The notes: generated from the sequence alone by a model not told the origin. A stretch of 57,876 nt of DNA, filler included, from Dugesia japonica (GCA_001938525.1; 4 parts of 4 records of this genome joined end to end with filler, not necessarily neighbours in it); one strand, 5' to 3'. Positions 33,123-47,169 are shown, numbered from the whole stretch's first letter. A program made the numbers and translations.

Positions 33123-33411
33123 GACCATGCGAAACTTTCCGAAACTTATGAAATTGGAAACTCTCCTGAGGGAGCATCAACAAATCTCAATATGGAGCTC
33201 TGCGCACAACTTCGGCTACTTACACGGTTCTTATTCTCGATTCCCTGCTATTCACATCAATAGGCTTACAGGAAGGAGTCATAACTAGTTTGGTATGGCA
33301 TGGAAGACATCCCAGCGTTTTCTGATTTCCATAAAAATCCATAGAAATAAGGTCATTGAAGACCGTGTTTCGGACCATGCGAAACTTTCCGAAACTTATG
33401 AAATTGGAAAC
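33123..33411. repeat. 39-bp perfect direct repeats 250 bp apart
   Basis: GACCATGCGAAACTTTCCGAAACTTATGAAATTGGAAAC at 33123 and 33373. Confidence 0.95.
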
Positions 33412-35039
33412 GACATACAGGATTTTGATAGATTCTTTACCTGGCTATAATAGATGAACAATATAAAGAAACGTTTGTAGGAGTTTTTATATAGCAACCA
33501 AAAATACGAATTAATGAAAAAAGGGAAGAATGGTAAAAAAAGAATATTGATGGTCTTTTATAAACCATTGTTTTTTCTTGATGATTGTAAAGAAGCGATT
33601 ACATATAACAAACGAATCGATTAAGTAAATGATTTTTTGTAAAAAAAAATAAGAATTCTCAGAAAATATCTTAAATCATGAAATAGATAAAAAAAAACCT
33701 TACTAAAAGTTTTATTGTTCAATGTTCTTGATGAAAAAGAAATTAAAATAGATATAAACAACAAGAATTGAAGACGTTTGAAGAAATGAAAAGCATAATG
33801 AAAATGTCATGAGAAGTTATAGAAGAAATTATTGAAACCGATAAAAATGTTGAGAAAAACATATGTAATTCAGTAGAATCACAGAATAGTACGAAAAGGT
33901 GGAGCTAGATATACAAATAGAAAATCATATTAAATGAACTAGAAGCCAAAATATGGAAATGATAATCATTTTAAAACTCATGAAAGTAATAAAGAAAAAA
34001 GCTATACAACAAAAAATGAATATTATAAGAATAATAACCAGTGGTGGCTCGCCCATAAAAACTGCAGCGCTGAAGCCCTCCCACGTAAATGAAAACATTT
34101 TAAAATTATTATAACTATTACATTATTAAACAATTATTTAACAAATAAACATTTATCCCGTTCGTAGAATATTTATTTTTGAATTGTAGGTACTAGATAC
34201 CTCGATAGGCGTCTTTATGTTTGTATTGTATGAGCCAGTCTGATTGTGTACTCATCATGGTTGCAGTCAGTTCAAACCGAGCAGGTTAAGGTTATTAGTT
34301 AAATTATGAACTTCACAACTATCCATAATTTTTATTCACTATCACAATGGCTTTATTAAAGTTAAAAAGTTGTAGGAATATCATATTTAAACAAATAATC
34401 CATATCTGTGAATATAAAATTTATATTTAAAAATATCGATTTTCTTTTTTAAACCAAATAAAATACACATACGATATTTTTTAATAATCTTTCAAAATAA
34501 ATTTGAAATTTTTCACAATAATTTTTCAAATAATTTTTTACCATTTTAAAAAATCAGTAATATTATTCTAACTAATATAAATATTTCCAAAAATTATTAC
34601 TACTATAATTTGAAAGATATTTTTATTCCAAAAAAATTTTTTACAATACACTAAATAAAAATTATGTTATTTATCAGAAAACAATATAAATACTGGTTTA
34701 TCTCTGACCATTTCACTCTTAATTTATTCTGTTGGACTGTTAGTAGTAATATATAAAATCTATTGTATGTCACTTGTAATATTATCAAATATAGGTTCTT
34801 AAAAAGTAAAAATTATTTATTTCACATACGATTCAAATCTTAACAAGTAAAAAATGATTTCTTAACCATTCATTAATTATTGCATTTACTTCAATACTCA
34901 TTTTCCTAAAGTAATACCCGGTCTTATTTTAATTTTCCCTCGCTAAACTGACAAATGCCTAATTCTAGATATTTTCATTAGACTCTTCTACGATTTCTAT
35001 TTTGTACTCATTTGAATAGCTATTTTGCTGCCATTTTTT

Positions 35040-35680
35040 AGGATTAATCAAATTCAATGGAAATTAATGATATTATAAATGAAAAACAAGACAATCGGCA
35101 ATGTAAATTAAAATTGATAATGTTTTTGTAAAAACTTGTCTTAATCAAATATAGCTACCTGAGCGTCAAAGATACGAATTTGTTTTAAACTATCACCAGA
35201 AATTGTGTTATGAAGGACATAAAATAACACAAAAATAATTATGATATGAAATATATGACACATATAATAATATATATTTTTCAAAGTTGTGAAGACTGTC
35301 AGATGAGAAGAGTGTTTACATGTAGACCAAAAGAAAATATAAAAAATTCCAGATGAAGCACGGCTATTGGAATAAATTCACATTGACTTTTGTGGACCAT
35401 TCCTAATAAAATATATAATAAAAAGTATAAAGTTGGCATTATCAATCAGTATAGCAAATGTATTCCATTACGTGCAGTCACCAATTAAGGCGGAAAAACT
35501 ATAGCATCAATTCTTAAAAATCAATGGATCTTAAAATATAGAACCCCTAGCTAATTAACACAGACAAAAGCAAAACGTTTGAAAGTAAAATGATAAAAGA
35601 ATTATGTGACATGAATAAAAGTAAAATTAATTTTTTCAGTGGTCAGATGGAAAGATAATTCAGAACTGGCAAAGTTAAAA
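35040..35680 (+). mobile_element. Gypsy-type integrase relic
   Basis: Broken frames give YHQKLCYEGH...CEDCQ (HHCC-like), IHIDFCGPF, WILKYRTP, GQMER. Confidence 0.75.
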
Positions 35681-35689
35681 AAACTGAAT

Positions 35690-36445
35690 AAATGAGTGCT
35701 GCATGATCTTACAGAATTCCGCATGAAAAGGAGAATTGAGGTTGCAACCTCTAGTCTCAGAAGATAATTCGCCTATCCATTCTTGAATCGCACCATTACC
35801 TGTGATGAAAAGTGGATTATTTATGATAACTGCAAACGTTCTGCACAATGGTTATCAGCTGATGAGTTCCCTTAACACCCCCCAAAAATGAAGCTCCATC
35901 TGAAGAAGTCTATGTTTACTGTATGGTAGTCAACTGTAAAATTTATTCATTTTTCTTACACTCTGTTTGGCGGAACAATCACTGCAATATCGTACTGTGA
36001 GCAGTTAGAGGAAATGCAAAAGATATTGGTGCAAAAACAGCAAATTTAGTCAATAGATAGAGTCCTGTACTCCATCATGACAACGCATGTTCACATGCTT
36101 CACAACTAGTCATACAAAACTGCATAAATCAGGATATAAAACTCTTGCTCACCCACCGTACTCACTAGACCTGACTTCCAAAGATTTCCATTTCCTTAAA
36201 CATCTTCATCACTTCATGAAGAATAAAGTGTTCAAATATGATATCAGAACAGCATTCAAAGATTTCATTGACTCCAGAAATTCAGATTTATTTCAATTAG
36301 GAATTTATAAATTTTTATCACGTTGACAAAAATTTATAGATTTCAATGGTGCTTAGTTTTAATAAAATATTTCTAATCGACTTAATTATGACAGTTTAAA
36401 GTTTGGCTTCGAAATCCGCCATTACTTTCTGAAGAAGAAATAATT
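35690..36445 (+). mobile_element. Mariner transposase relic with degenerate right TIR
   Basis: ITCDEKWIIYDN, LHHDNA, HPPYSLDL..DFHF motifs; AAATCCGCCATTACTTT resembles a mariner TIR. Confidence 0.88.
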
Positions 36446-37123
36446 GATTCATTAAAATATTAATTAATTGAACAAAATGTGAAATAAATTTTATTTTCCT
36501 GGTTTCATTTATATTTCAGATTTGTGAATATTTCAAACAAATGCATTGACAACAAATTAATAAATTTTATCGTTTCTTTTTAGAATTTTTTTCCTAATTT
36601 AATGAAATAAAACATCAAATTTGTTTTACGATGACTCTGAAATTCCGTGGACAATAAACACACAGAGGGAGTCTTTTGTTAAGAATTATTAACCAGCAGT
36701 TGTAAGACAAATAAATAATAGTGGAATATGAAAAAATATTTAGCGCTCTTCATATTGAAGTGAAAAGATTGATATTGAAAATTTTAAAGTGGCATCATAA
36801 TTATTGTCACCACCTTTAATGAAAAGATAAGTACAAACAGAACTATTAAATATATATTGAACCAGTATATATTGAACTGTATATATTGAACCAGTAATTG
36901 TAAAACGTTAAAACAAGGGTATTCGCAATCGGTAATTACATTAAGTGTACAAGGTTATTTTTAAAAAGAGGACTTAAATTTTGTATATTGAGACGAAATT
37001 TATTAAAATAAATTGACTTTTTGATTTATTCAATTATTATTTTTACAATAGCAATTTTCTTTGAATTAATTTAATTTTACTCAATTTTAATTGGTTGATT
37101 TTAATTTTCTTAATTATAATTAT

Positions 37124-37474
37124 TTAATTTTTAAAAATTACAATGATTTTAGGATTGTCTTCTTTAATTAGAAATTCTTCATGTTTTTTCCTGTGAAGTG
37201 TAGAAATGTAGCCTGTTCCTAGTGTTTTCCATGTAATGTGATGTTGTTCTAGTGAAATTGTATGTTTGTGTTGAAAGTGTTTGAATACTTCACTTTCTTT
37301 TTGTTTCAAATGTTCCTTAATTCTTGTTCGCATGGTTCTGCAAGTTTCACCTATATATGTTTCTTGACAAATGGTGCATGTTATTTTATAAGTGACATCA
37401 TTTTTCTTATTGCATATATTTCTACCATCACAAATGCATTTGGGACCACAAAAGTTTTGTCTTGGTTTCTTTAA
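37124..37474 (-). mobile_element. Penelope-like GIY-YIG endonuclease relic
   Basis: CTICQETYIGETCRTMRTRIKEH...SEVFKH...EEFLI. Confidence 0.8.
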
Positions 37475-37649
37475 AATAAAATAAACATAATTGTTTATTT
37501 AATGAAATGTTTATAGAAAACAAATTTTTGAAGTTAATTTTTATTCGTAATTTATAAATTATATATATTTTTTAATTTATTAATTATTTTATGAATTAAA
37601 AAATTTTTCTATAAATTTGTGATTTTTTTAATTTGTAGGTTATAAATTG

Positions 37650-38400
37650 TTGAAAATTTATAATTTGAAATTTAATAATTTTGGTTTGTTAATGAATCTT
37701 TTTACATCGATTGGTTTGCGTTCTAACCTTTTTTATCAGTTTAAATGTAATGGCTGTGATGACACATATATTGGAGAGACTGTCCATTATCTCTGTACTA
37801 CAAGGATTCAAGAACATAATCGTTTTGGTGGTGAGATTAAGTAAAAATAAAATATGTATTACAAATTTTGAAATTTCAAATTATAAGATTTTGTCTAAAC
37901 AGTTTAAGAATTACTGACAGAGAGTGTTGTATGAAGCATTAATGATTAGATTTCATAATTCAAGCAATAATGTACAGACAGCTCTTTCGACTAAATTAAT
38001 AAGAATGTTTTAGATTTGAAATTTTATAAATTTTAATAGATATTTAATTTTATAAGTTAGTAATTTTTAGAATAATTTAGCAATTTTATTTTTTTAAAGA
38101 ATTTTAAATATTTGAAAAATGCTTTTTGATTTTTTGAATGTTAAAATTGTAAAAATATTTTTGAATAAAAGTTATTATGGAAACATTTTATTAGAATAAA
38201 ATATTTATTAGAAAAAAAAATTTTAAAAATTAAAAAATCAAGAATTATAATTGCAGTCAAATGATATTCAGCACAATCGGATTAATCTTTGTTTAAATAA
38301 CATAGACTGAGTAATCTCATATATTTTTTTGTTTGATGATGATTGTCGAAATATATAATCTGTCGAAATATATAACAATAAAATAATATTTTAAATGGCA
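37650..38400 (+). mobile_element. Second Penelope-like GIY-YIG relic with 3' region
   Basis: YQFKCNGCDDTYIGETVHYLCTTRIQEH...YEALMI; hammerhead-like relic at ~38329-38378. Confidence 0.8.
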
Positions 38401-38995
38401 TTATTTATTTTTATCAAACATTTGCCTTTGTAATTTACATATTTATAATTTTAATTTATAATTTAAGAAATGATTGTAATTCCTAAAACTTATTTCCTAT
38501 TGAAAGCCACGATTTTTGCTTTCTATTATATTATTTTCAAATTTCATTATATTTCCTTAGTGATATTCTAAAAATGTCTTTAAAAAAATCGAATTTTCCA
38601 AATAATGTCTTCAATTGAAAAATTTTAACAAATATGCAAATGTAAATTTAAATTGATAAAATACACTTCTCAAATGTAACTTTAGTTATTTTGTATTGTT
38701 ATTGTTAATAAAATTTTCATAAATAATACCACTAGAAATATTTATTTATTATTGGTTTATTTATAATTTTATTGTTGAATGGATACTTACCAGTCTGTCA
38801 TATCATGATAACACTATTGTTTATAATTTGTCAAATCGATTGAAAATTTACAATTTTATTAATGGATTAGAACAATAAAACAGGCTAATTGATAAAATTA
38901 GTTGTCATTGACAACACAGTAAAAATTCCCATGTATATACACTTAGATAATTAATATTTTCGTGAACTGGTACTAATTCTTTTATTGAAATTGAA

Positions 38996-39061
<66 letters not shown>
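38996..39061. repeat. (TAT)n microsatellite at contig end
   Basis: Direct reading. Confidence 0.95.
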
Positions 39062-39161
39062 NNNNNNNNNNNNNNNNNNNNNNNNNNNNNNNNNNNNNNN
39101 NNNNNTTAATTAATTAANNNNNNNNNNNNNNNNNNNNNNNNNNNNNNNNNNNNNNNNNNNN
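39062..39161. other. Artificial contig linker
   Basis: N44-TTAATTAATTAA-N44. Confidence 0.95.
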
Positions 39162-39262
39162 TTATAAATACAAGAACAAAAAAGATTATTTTTTTTTTAA
39201 TAATAAATTATATCTTAAAACAATTCAATTTTATATAAACATCTATTAAGTACATTTAACAT

Positions 39263-39795
39263 TTATTTAACATCAAAAATTTTTACAAATTTTTTTTTAT
39301 TCGAATCTGGGTAAACTAGTTCGACAAATTTTCTTTTTATTTCCTTTTTATTAGTTTTTAGACTAAATTCGTGTGTGTCTTCTTTTTCATGATACGATTG
39401 ATAAAATCGAATAACTTCATTGATGTCGATTCCTAAAAAATAATCAATTTGATCCCAGTATATTTCTGGTGCCTAGTATTTAGAAATATCCCTCAAATTT
39501 GGATAAATTTCTTCAAGTAGATCAATAAAAATTTTTAAAAGTATGTTAACTAAATTATTTATAATTAAAAATTAATATTACTTCGATCAAATACATTGTT
39601 TCGAATTTCTAAAATATCAATGCTTTTATTTTCATACATCTTTTTATCAACAACAGTTGCATTTATGTCAATCTCCATTGTTGCATCTGAACTAGTTTGA
39701 TCTTCTTCAACATTCATAACCTCTTCTTCAGTATTGCTATTCTTCNNNNNNNNNAACTTAGACATTTCTTCTATAAGTTCCTCTACAATACTCAT
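39263..39795 (-). pseudogene. Second, diverged copy of the two-exon orphan gene
   Basis: MSIVEELIEE...DKKMYENKSIDILEIRNNVFDR^FIDLLEEIYPNLRDISKY*APEIYWDQIDYFLGIDINEVIRFYQSYHEKEDTHEFSLKTNKKEIKRKFVELVYPDSNK; aligns with 10056-10602. Confidence 0.65.
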
Positions 39796-40424
39796 TTTCA
39801 AATAATATCAAAATTACGATAATTTTTAATGTATATATGCGTGTCGCTAACCAATCAGATGGATTCATTAATCAGCACACTTACTGTCAAACAACATTCG
39901 ACCAATATGATTATCACACACATATATACATCGAAAGAAAGAACAACCAATAGTAATAATGCTCACCAACTGCATATCAATTGATTCATGTTATAATGAT
40001 AAATTATCATCGTTGCATATTCACAAAATTATAATATTTACACTCCAAGTACTTTATTTTCATACCTTACAATGCAGTAATAAATACCACATATATATTT
40101 TCTAAATAATCGATATTGAAAAATATATGCTTTCTTTATAAAATTTTTTTTAAAAAAATAAATAAATAAATAAATATAAAAAAAATTTGAAACATTAAAA
40201 AATTTATATAGTAAGCGTGCGCGGGAAATTTAATTATGAAGTCTGCCTTGACNNNNNNNNNNNNNNNNNNNNNNNNNNNNNNNNNNNNNNNNNNNNNNNN
40301 NNTACCTTACAATGCAGTAATAAATACTACATATATATTTTCTAAATAATCGATATTGAAAAATATATGCTTTCTTGAAAAAATTTTAAAAAAATTGAAA
40401 CATTAAAAAATTTATATAGTAAGT

Positions 40425-40654
40425 CTGCGCTGGGAATTTAATTATGAAGTCTGCCTTGACGATAGTTGCTATGGATATTACCTTGACCTACATTTATTCG
40501 ACCTTGAAAAATTACACCAATTAGAATTGAGTATACTGTATCACTGACCTTAAAATTTCCACCAATCAGAATTAAGTATACATAAACACTTTGACCGTGA
40601 AAAAATTTGACCTTGGGGGGAGGGGGCTTTATAAGCGCCACTATCTATCTGCCT
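40425..40654. mobile_element. Terminal repeat homologous to 10930-11184
   Basis: Shared AAGTCTGCC...CATTTATTCGACCTT...TGAGTATACT...CCAATCAGAAT...TGACCTTG...GCGCYACTATC order. Confidence 0.8.
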
Positions 40655-40974
40655 ATGATCTTGATTGATCTTGAGATCATGGAGCGTGTTATATTACTTA
40701 TGAGTTTGTTTTAATATCTGAATTAACGAGGCAGATTTGATTTTGAAATTGAATAAATAAATTTTGGTTACAGTCGATTTTTAGTTATTTTTCTCAACAT
40801 TTTGCATATAACATCTTTGAGCCTATGATTGATCTCTTTTATTCTCATTTCAAACGCTTCAATTAGGGGTTTGCTACATACCCTAAATTAAAAACACTTT
40901 CTTCTGTTGATAACATTTATTTCTTAAAACAATTGTTCAACAATAAATAAATGAATAAAAATACTATTCATTTA

Positions 40975-41069
40975 ATATAAAAGCGTAGATCAAAAGTTAG
41001 GTTTTAATTATTGATATTGGATAACAATATCAATAATTAAAACCTAGATTTTGATCTACGCTTTTATAT
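40975..41069. repeat. Long inverted repeat (45-bp arms, 2 mismatches, 5-nt loop)
   Basis: Direct complementarity. Confidence 0.93.
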
Positions 41070-41378
41070 GAAAAATCTATGAAATTTAAATAATATTGCA
41101 AAATATTATATTAAAATGTTACAAATGTTTTATCTAAAAAATAAGTACACCAAAATACTATTCTTTATACAATTAATAATTAATAAAACATATATAAACC
41201 TTACGTATTGATTTCTACCAAAAATAAATAAGGTTCCTAAAGAATACTTACAATTGTACTCCGTATTTAAAAATCCGCCCCAAATATTATTTAAACAAGA
41301 GTTTCTAAAATTTCTCAATAAACAAATAAAGCTTCCATCAATTACACATTCATAAAATATAAAAAACACTTAAAACAT

Positions 41379-42951
41379 TTAAGAAACATACATTTCCTCA
41401 CAAATACCACCAATAAATTTTGGACAAATGTCTTTAACAATAATTATTTCTTTCTCAATATGCTTTTTATTCCAAAATAATTTAATTCTAGCTTTTCCTA
41501 TGCATTTTTCACTTTTCTCAGCAAATACTCCAGCTAACATTACATTTGAAAATTCAATTTTAGGTGAACCAATATTCTTCCAAATTTCTTTAATCACTGA
41601 GACAGACACTCCAGAATCTCATAACATCTCTACACTAATTTCATTACAATTTACACTGTTCAAACCTTTACCATTACGTTTTTGATACATTAGTTTAATA
41701 TCAGGTCTCCTATCAATATGTCGATTTTTCTCTTTAAAATTCTTTAATGCAATCTCACTGATAAAATGGACACAGCGAGTTGCTGGACATTTTTTTCATT
41801 ATTTTCTAAGATATTAATTGCATCATGTTCAAAATCAATTAAGGAGTTACATTCATTTAAGGATTCTTCCCTTCCTAGTTCTGCTAAACATAATATTCTT
41901 TGGTTATTGTGCCCTCTTTGTAATAATGCACAATTTCTGACAGCGTGGACTCCTTTACCGCAAATTAAACACCTATTTTTGAAAGGACAGTTTATTCTTC
42001 TATGGTTTGTTTCTCTACAGCAAAAACAAGCACCATACTGTAGGCGTTCTACTCTTGGAGGAGCTTTACCATGACTTCTATTATAAATTTTTGTTGCTAC
42101 ATATTTCAGAGAATGTTTTGAAAATTCTCTTCTTTGTTCTTCATTTATATCTTTTAATTGTTGCAAATTATTACCAATCCTTGAATCGTTTGCCGGTTTT
42201 TTAGAAATTGTAGAATATTTTGGAGTATTTTCTTTATGATGAAAATATTGTCCTCTGTAATCATTTCCCATTTTATTAAATTTTGGTTCAAAAGCTGATT
42301 TTTTAGCTGCACTTGCATAGCTTTCGTTGACAACATTTACATTTTTTTTCGCTACAAATATATCAAGGTTTGCAGCCAATTTTCGACGTTTTTCTTCATT
42401 TAATTCTGGTTGGATTACAAAAAATTCTTTAAGTTTCTCACTTTTTAAACCATTCAGAATAAAAACTCTTCATATTTCTCCTCGTGATCTTTTGCTTTCA
42501 AATATATCGTGAACAAGCTTTATCACTCTTATTTCAAAATTCCGATATTTTTCATCAATTTTTTGTTTAACTGATGATAGATCTGTATTTTTCTCAACTA
42601 GAGATTTATAATTAATAAATAATGATCGAAACCAATTTTCGCACTTTTGAAACCTCGTTTGTGTTCGTTTCTTGCAAAACTTTCTTGGCATCGCTTTGTA
42701 ATAGCATATCAAATGCAAAAGAAATTCCCATTTGATTAAATATGGCAAGTTCCTTAGTGATTTGCATCCAATCTTTTGCAGTATCTGAAGAACCATAAAA
42801 AAAATGTGGGCCTCGGAATAAGCATTTCTTGCGTAGCTTGTGGAAGATTTTTAAAAATCTTTTGCCGCTCTTCTTTCTTTTGCCTATTAATGGGACTAAC
42901 TTTTACATGGTTGCCAGTTAGATTTTGTAATTCAAAAGTAGACATTTTCAA
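41379..42951 (-). mobile_element. Decayed LTR retrotransposon gag-protease
   Basis: Two CCHC knuckles (CFCCRETNHRRINC, CLICGKGVHAVRNC); protease ML*DSGVSVSVI...FIGG. Confidence 0.85.
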
Positions 42952-43639
42952 AGTTTATTAAAATATAATAAATCAATAATATTTAAACAAATATGTTTAA
43001 ATATTATATCTAACAATAATACATAAATTTATTATTTTAATAAAATTTACACTAACATTATATATCTATTTTTTGCAATTGCAATTATTGCAAGAATAAT
43101 TGTTGCACGTAACTATTTATCGTTTTTCAGAATACATTTAAAATATAAATCTAATGTAAATTTAGAATTTTATCTGATAAAAAATAATAATTAGTTTAAT
43201 TTCAATTTTGCATATAATGGATAATAAATAACGCAATATCAAATTCAGAAAAAATGCTAAAAAATACAAATTCAAAATATTTCTTTTGAAAATCAAAATT
43301 CTGCAGCAACATACTTTAAATAAACAACATCGACATTAATTATTATTCTAAAAATTAATTAAATTAAATTAAAAATTCTACTATGTTATTCATTACTTAC
43401 AATAATTACAGTAGAATAAAAAGTCTATGGAAAAGTTATCATTGATTTCATTGGTGTTTACAATCAATAAACAGAAATATAAATTTACAAACTTAATTCA
43501 AGTGAATTCAAACAATTTTATCTTTGATTTCTTTATAAAATTAATTACTGACATTAAATAATAATTTCCGGAATTATAAGTAAAAATATTATGTCTTCAG
43601 CATTTTTTCTTGCTTACTTAAATATATGCATTAATAAAT

Positions 43640-44493
43640 AACTTTTAATCAATCTTTGGATCTGTGGCCAACCCTATTTCATCAAAAACATCTCTCTTTC
43701 TTACACTTTCTTCTCACGTGTTTCTCCGCATACAAAAGATCTCCTTCGATTCTTCTGTGTACAATCTCTACTGATATGACCTCGTCGTTGACATGCCCAA
43801 CACTCTCTATCATCACTTTTCGGGAAATGTGTTCTCACGTGACCCTTCTTATGGCATCCCCAACAATCCACTACTCCTTCCACTCGTCGATTAACTGTTT
43901 GATAATTTATTGGTTTACGCCATTCCTTTTTAACTTCTCTTAATTGTTTCATAATAACATCAATATGTTCTCTCATTTCCTCAATTTCATCTAGTAATAC
44001 TAGTGTCTCTTTAATTTCTGATACTGACGATCGTTTCCTGAGTACTACTTCCTCTTGTAGTTTCGCACTCTCAGATGCATTCACTAATATTTTTGTTAAT
44101 AATCCTTCTCTCGTTAAATCCTTGTGACCAAAAATGTTGTCAACTAGAGTCTGCCTTTTTAAAAAATGTGTCTAATTTCATATTACCCCGTTTAAACATC
44201 AAAAGTTTCTTCGTATCCTCCAATAATTCTCTTTTCTTTTGAAATGCCACTCGAAAACGCCCTTGGAAACCTATTACTTTACCCGCTGTGCTCACATACT
44301 TCTCTATCAATTCCATATCTAGCAAACAGCTTACTAATTTTTCTTGTTCACTCTGTGATTTGATTTCCCTTAATTCAAAATAAAGTTCACATTGTCTGAT
44401 GAATATTTCTAAATAACCACCCTTGCTTAAATTTTTCGGCAGTAATCTTTCTGCTATGGTATCGGTTTTTACTGCTGCCATCATGTAAGGCAT
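43640..44493 (-). mobile_element. Gag relic of an LTR retrotransposon
   Basis: FIRQCELYFEL N-terminus; knuckles CWGCHKKGHVRTHF and CWACQRRGHISRDC. Confidence 0.8.
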
Positions 44494-45293
44494 ACTTACT
44501 CTGAGTTATCTAAATTCATATTAACAAATAACGAATAATTAATAGTATTTATTCTACAGCAATTATTAAAAACGTTTACAAATTACTTAATTAAAATTAC
44601 AAATTATAACTCAAATATTACAATTTACAAACTTTCTAATTACGATATATTACAGACAAATTACTTACACAAATTCTTATATAATAAAAATGAAAATAAC
44701 AGAAATATTTGCCATAGATTAAATCCAAAAATACTCGCACGCTTTTCCAAATCTAGTTTTAAAACAATCACTAAATTAAAAAATTCACAAAAGTTTCTAT
44801 TTATTATTAATTTTCCTCACAAACTTATACTACTTACGAAGAATAATAGTTAATAATATTGAGAATTGTTTATAAATTAGTATTATTTTAACATTGAAGA
44901 AATTCAAAGTTGCAATAATCAGAATTATCAAATAATAACAATAAAAACCAATTCATTAATAATTAAACATTGTCCAACCGTGTCCTGTTTAATCATTAAA
45001 TAGTTGCTTGAAATTAGTTTTGCATAAAAAACTATATTTTTATATGACCTAGTTTTTAGATTTACACAAGTCATGTTTATTAAATGCTATTTCATTGCAA
45101 ATAAATCGTAATTTATTTTAATAAATTTGTCGATTTGTTATAATTTTAAAAATAAAATTAATGAATTACAATTAATTTAATATAAAATTTTAATTTGGTC
45201 AAATTTAAAATATTTTGTAATGATTTAATAAAAATGTAATTGAGAATATATTTAATTTGATATTTGGATTTTAGATTGCAGATTGCAGATTGA

Positions 45294-46583
45294 ATGGATA
45301 AATTCGATGATGTTTTCAAAATATTGAAAGAGTTTTCATTTGAGTTTGATGAAACAAATAAAGATTATTTATGCATTATTTGTAAAAATATTTTGTCAAA
45401 TGCTCACAGTGGTTCTTGTGGTTGCAGATTTTGCTATGATTGTATTGGTACATTATTAAATGGCGAAGAAAAGTTTTGTCCTGGTGATACAAACGAATGC
45501 AAACTAGGAAAATTAAATTTAAATAAAAATATTTATTATGAGCCATCAGTAAACAGAAAAATATCAAAATTAATTGTTAAATGTCCAAAAGGATGTCAAT
45601 TCAAAGATGAAATAAGAAATATAGAATATCATATTCNNNNNNNNNNNNNNNNACAAATAAATTGTCCATATTTTAATATTGGATGCAAACAATCCAATTT
45701 GATCAATGATAACATGAATAATCATTTTTTATCTGATATTGTTACTCATTCTAATTTATTATTAGAATTGATTGAGAATATGAGAAATGAGATGGAATTA
45801 TTGAAGAAAGATATTGGAGAATTGAAAAATGAAAATAAAACATTGAAAAATGAAAATAAATTATTGAAAGTGGATATAGAAATGATAAAAGTAGAAAGAA
45901 AACGCAATGAAGTAAATTTGTTGATTATTTAAATTATTTATTTTGTGAATAATTTAGATAAAAATGAATGTTAAACATATTGATGAAATTAAAAATAAAT
46001 TGTTATTGATGGAAAACAATCAAGTAAAATTGATTATTTGTTGAAATATTAATTTGAATTGGATTTACAGAAAGAATTTATGAATAAATTTGATAACATT
46101 TGTATTGGTAATGAACTGGAGTTGAGAAATGATTTTCAAATGAAAATATTGGAAATACAAGGAGAATTCGAGGAGAGAATTGATGATTTTTCCAAATTGG
46201 AGAGAAATAAGCAAATCTACAGTAAAACATTTTATGCTTTTCCGTATGGATATAAAATGTGTTTGAGCATCATTATCGGTAAATTTCTGAATGGTGTTTA
46301 CTTGCATGTTTATTTACATTTGATGCGGGGAGAATTTGATGATAATTTAATATGGCCTTGCAAATGTGATGTCAGCATTGATTTGATCAATCAGAATAAT
46401 AATCAAATTTATAAAAGTGAAACAATAAAATATAATAATCGACCAAATGATTCTCGATGGGATAAACCGACAAATGAAAGAAATGATATTATTAATTTTC
46501 TAACTATATCATTAGCAAATACCAATATTCTATTGAAAAATGATCAATTATTGATTAAATGTAGAACAAATATTCCACAATGA
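45294..46583 (+). CDS. TNF receptor-associated factor (TRAF)-like protein: RING, TRAF Zn fingers, coiled coil, MATH
   Basis: Exons 45294-45911, 45958-46023, 46071-46583 joined in frame by 46- and 47-nt GT-AG introns; MATH motifs FYAFPYGYKMCL and LHLMRGEFDDNLIWP. Confidence 0.9.
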
Positions 46584-47169
46584 ATTAGTTTTAATTGAAA
46601 TAAATATTTTAATTATTGATTTTATTAAATTATTTTTTGTTAATAAAAGAAATTTTATCAAAATATTTCTTATAGACCAATCTAATTGAAAATTGTGAGT
46701 ATTTTTTGAAAAGCGAGTGTGTTATTTTAATTTTAGATATAGATTTAATAACGAATGATTATTTTGTTTTAAGGTGTAAATGACGATTTAATAATAGAGT
46801 TAAAATTTTGCTTAAAAAAATCACCAATTAATTTGTCTGAATAAACAAATAATGTTGGATAAAGTTTTGTTTTTGTGAATAAATCTTTTATGGAGTTTTG
46901 ATATTAATTATCCGATGAGTACTTCAAACTCATCTAACAAAAATAATATTTATTGTGATGGTAGAATTTGTAAATAAAAGATTTTTATCTAAAAATTCAA
47001 TTTTTATTATTATTTGGTAATTTCCGTTTAAATTATTTAAAATCAATGGTTCATTTTGCTCTAATTTTATTACTTGTTTTATTATGTCGTGGATAGATTC
47101 CACAGAAAACCGCGTTAAAATATCGGACAAAAATAAACTTAACTTTGACAAAATTGGGATGTTTCGTAA

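Noticed and set aside
34038-34085. CAGTGGTGGCTCG hAT-like terminus
   Set aside because: No partner TIR or TSD found; too short to support
40062-40460. Tandem duplication upstream of the terminal repeat
   Set aside because: Copies flank an N gap; probably haplotype or assembly overlap (same concern for 56139-56710)
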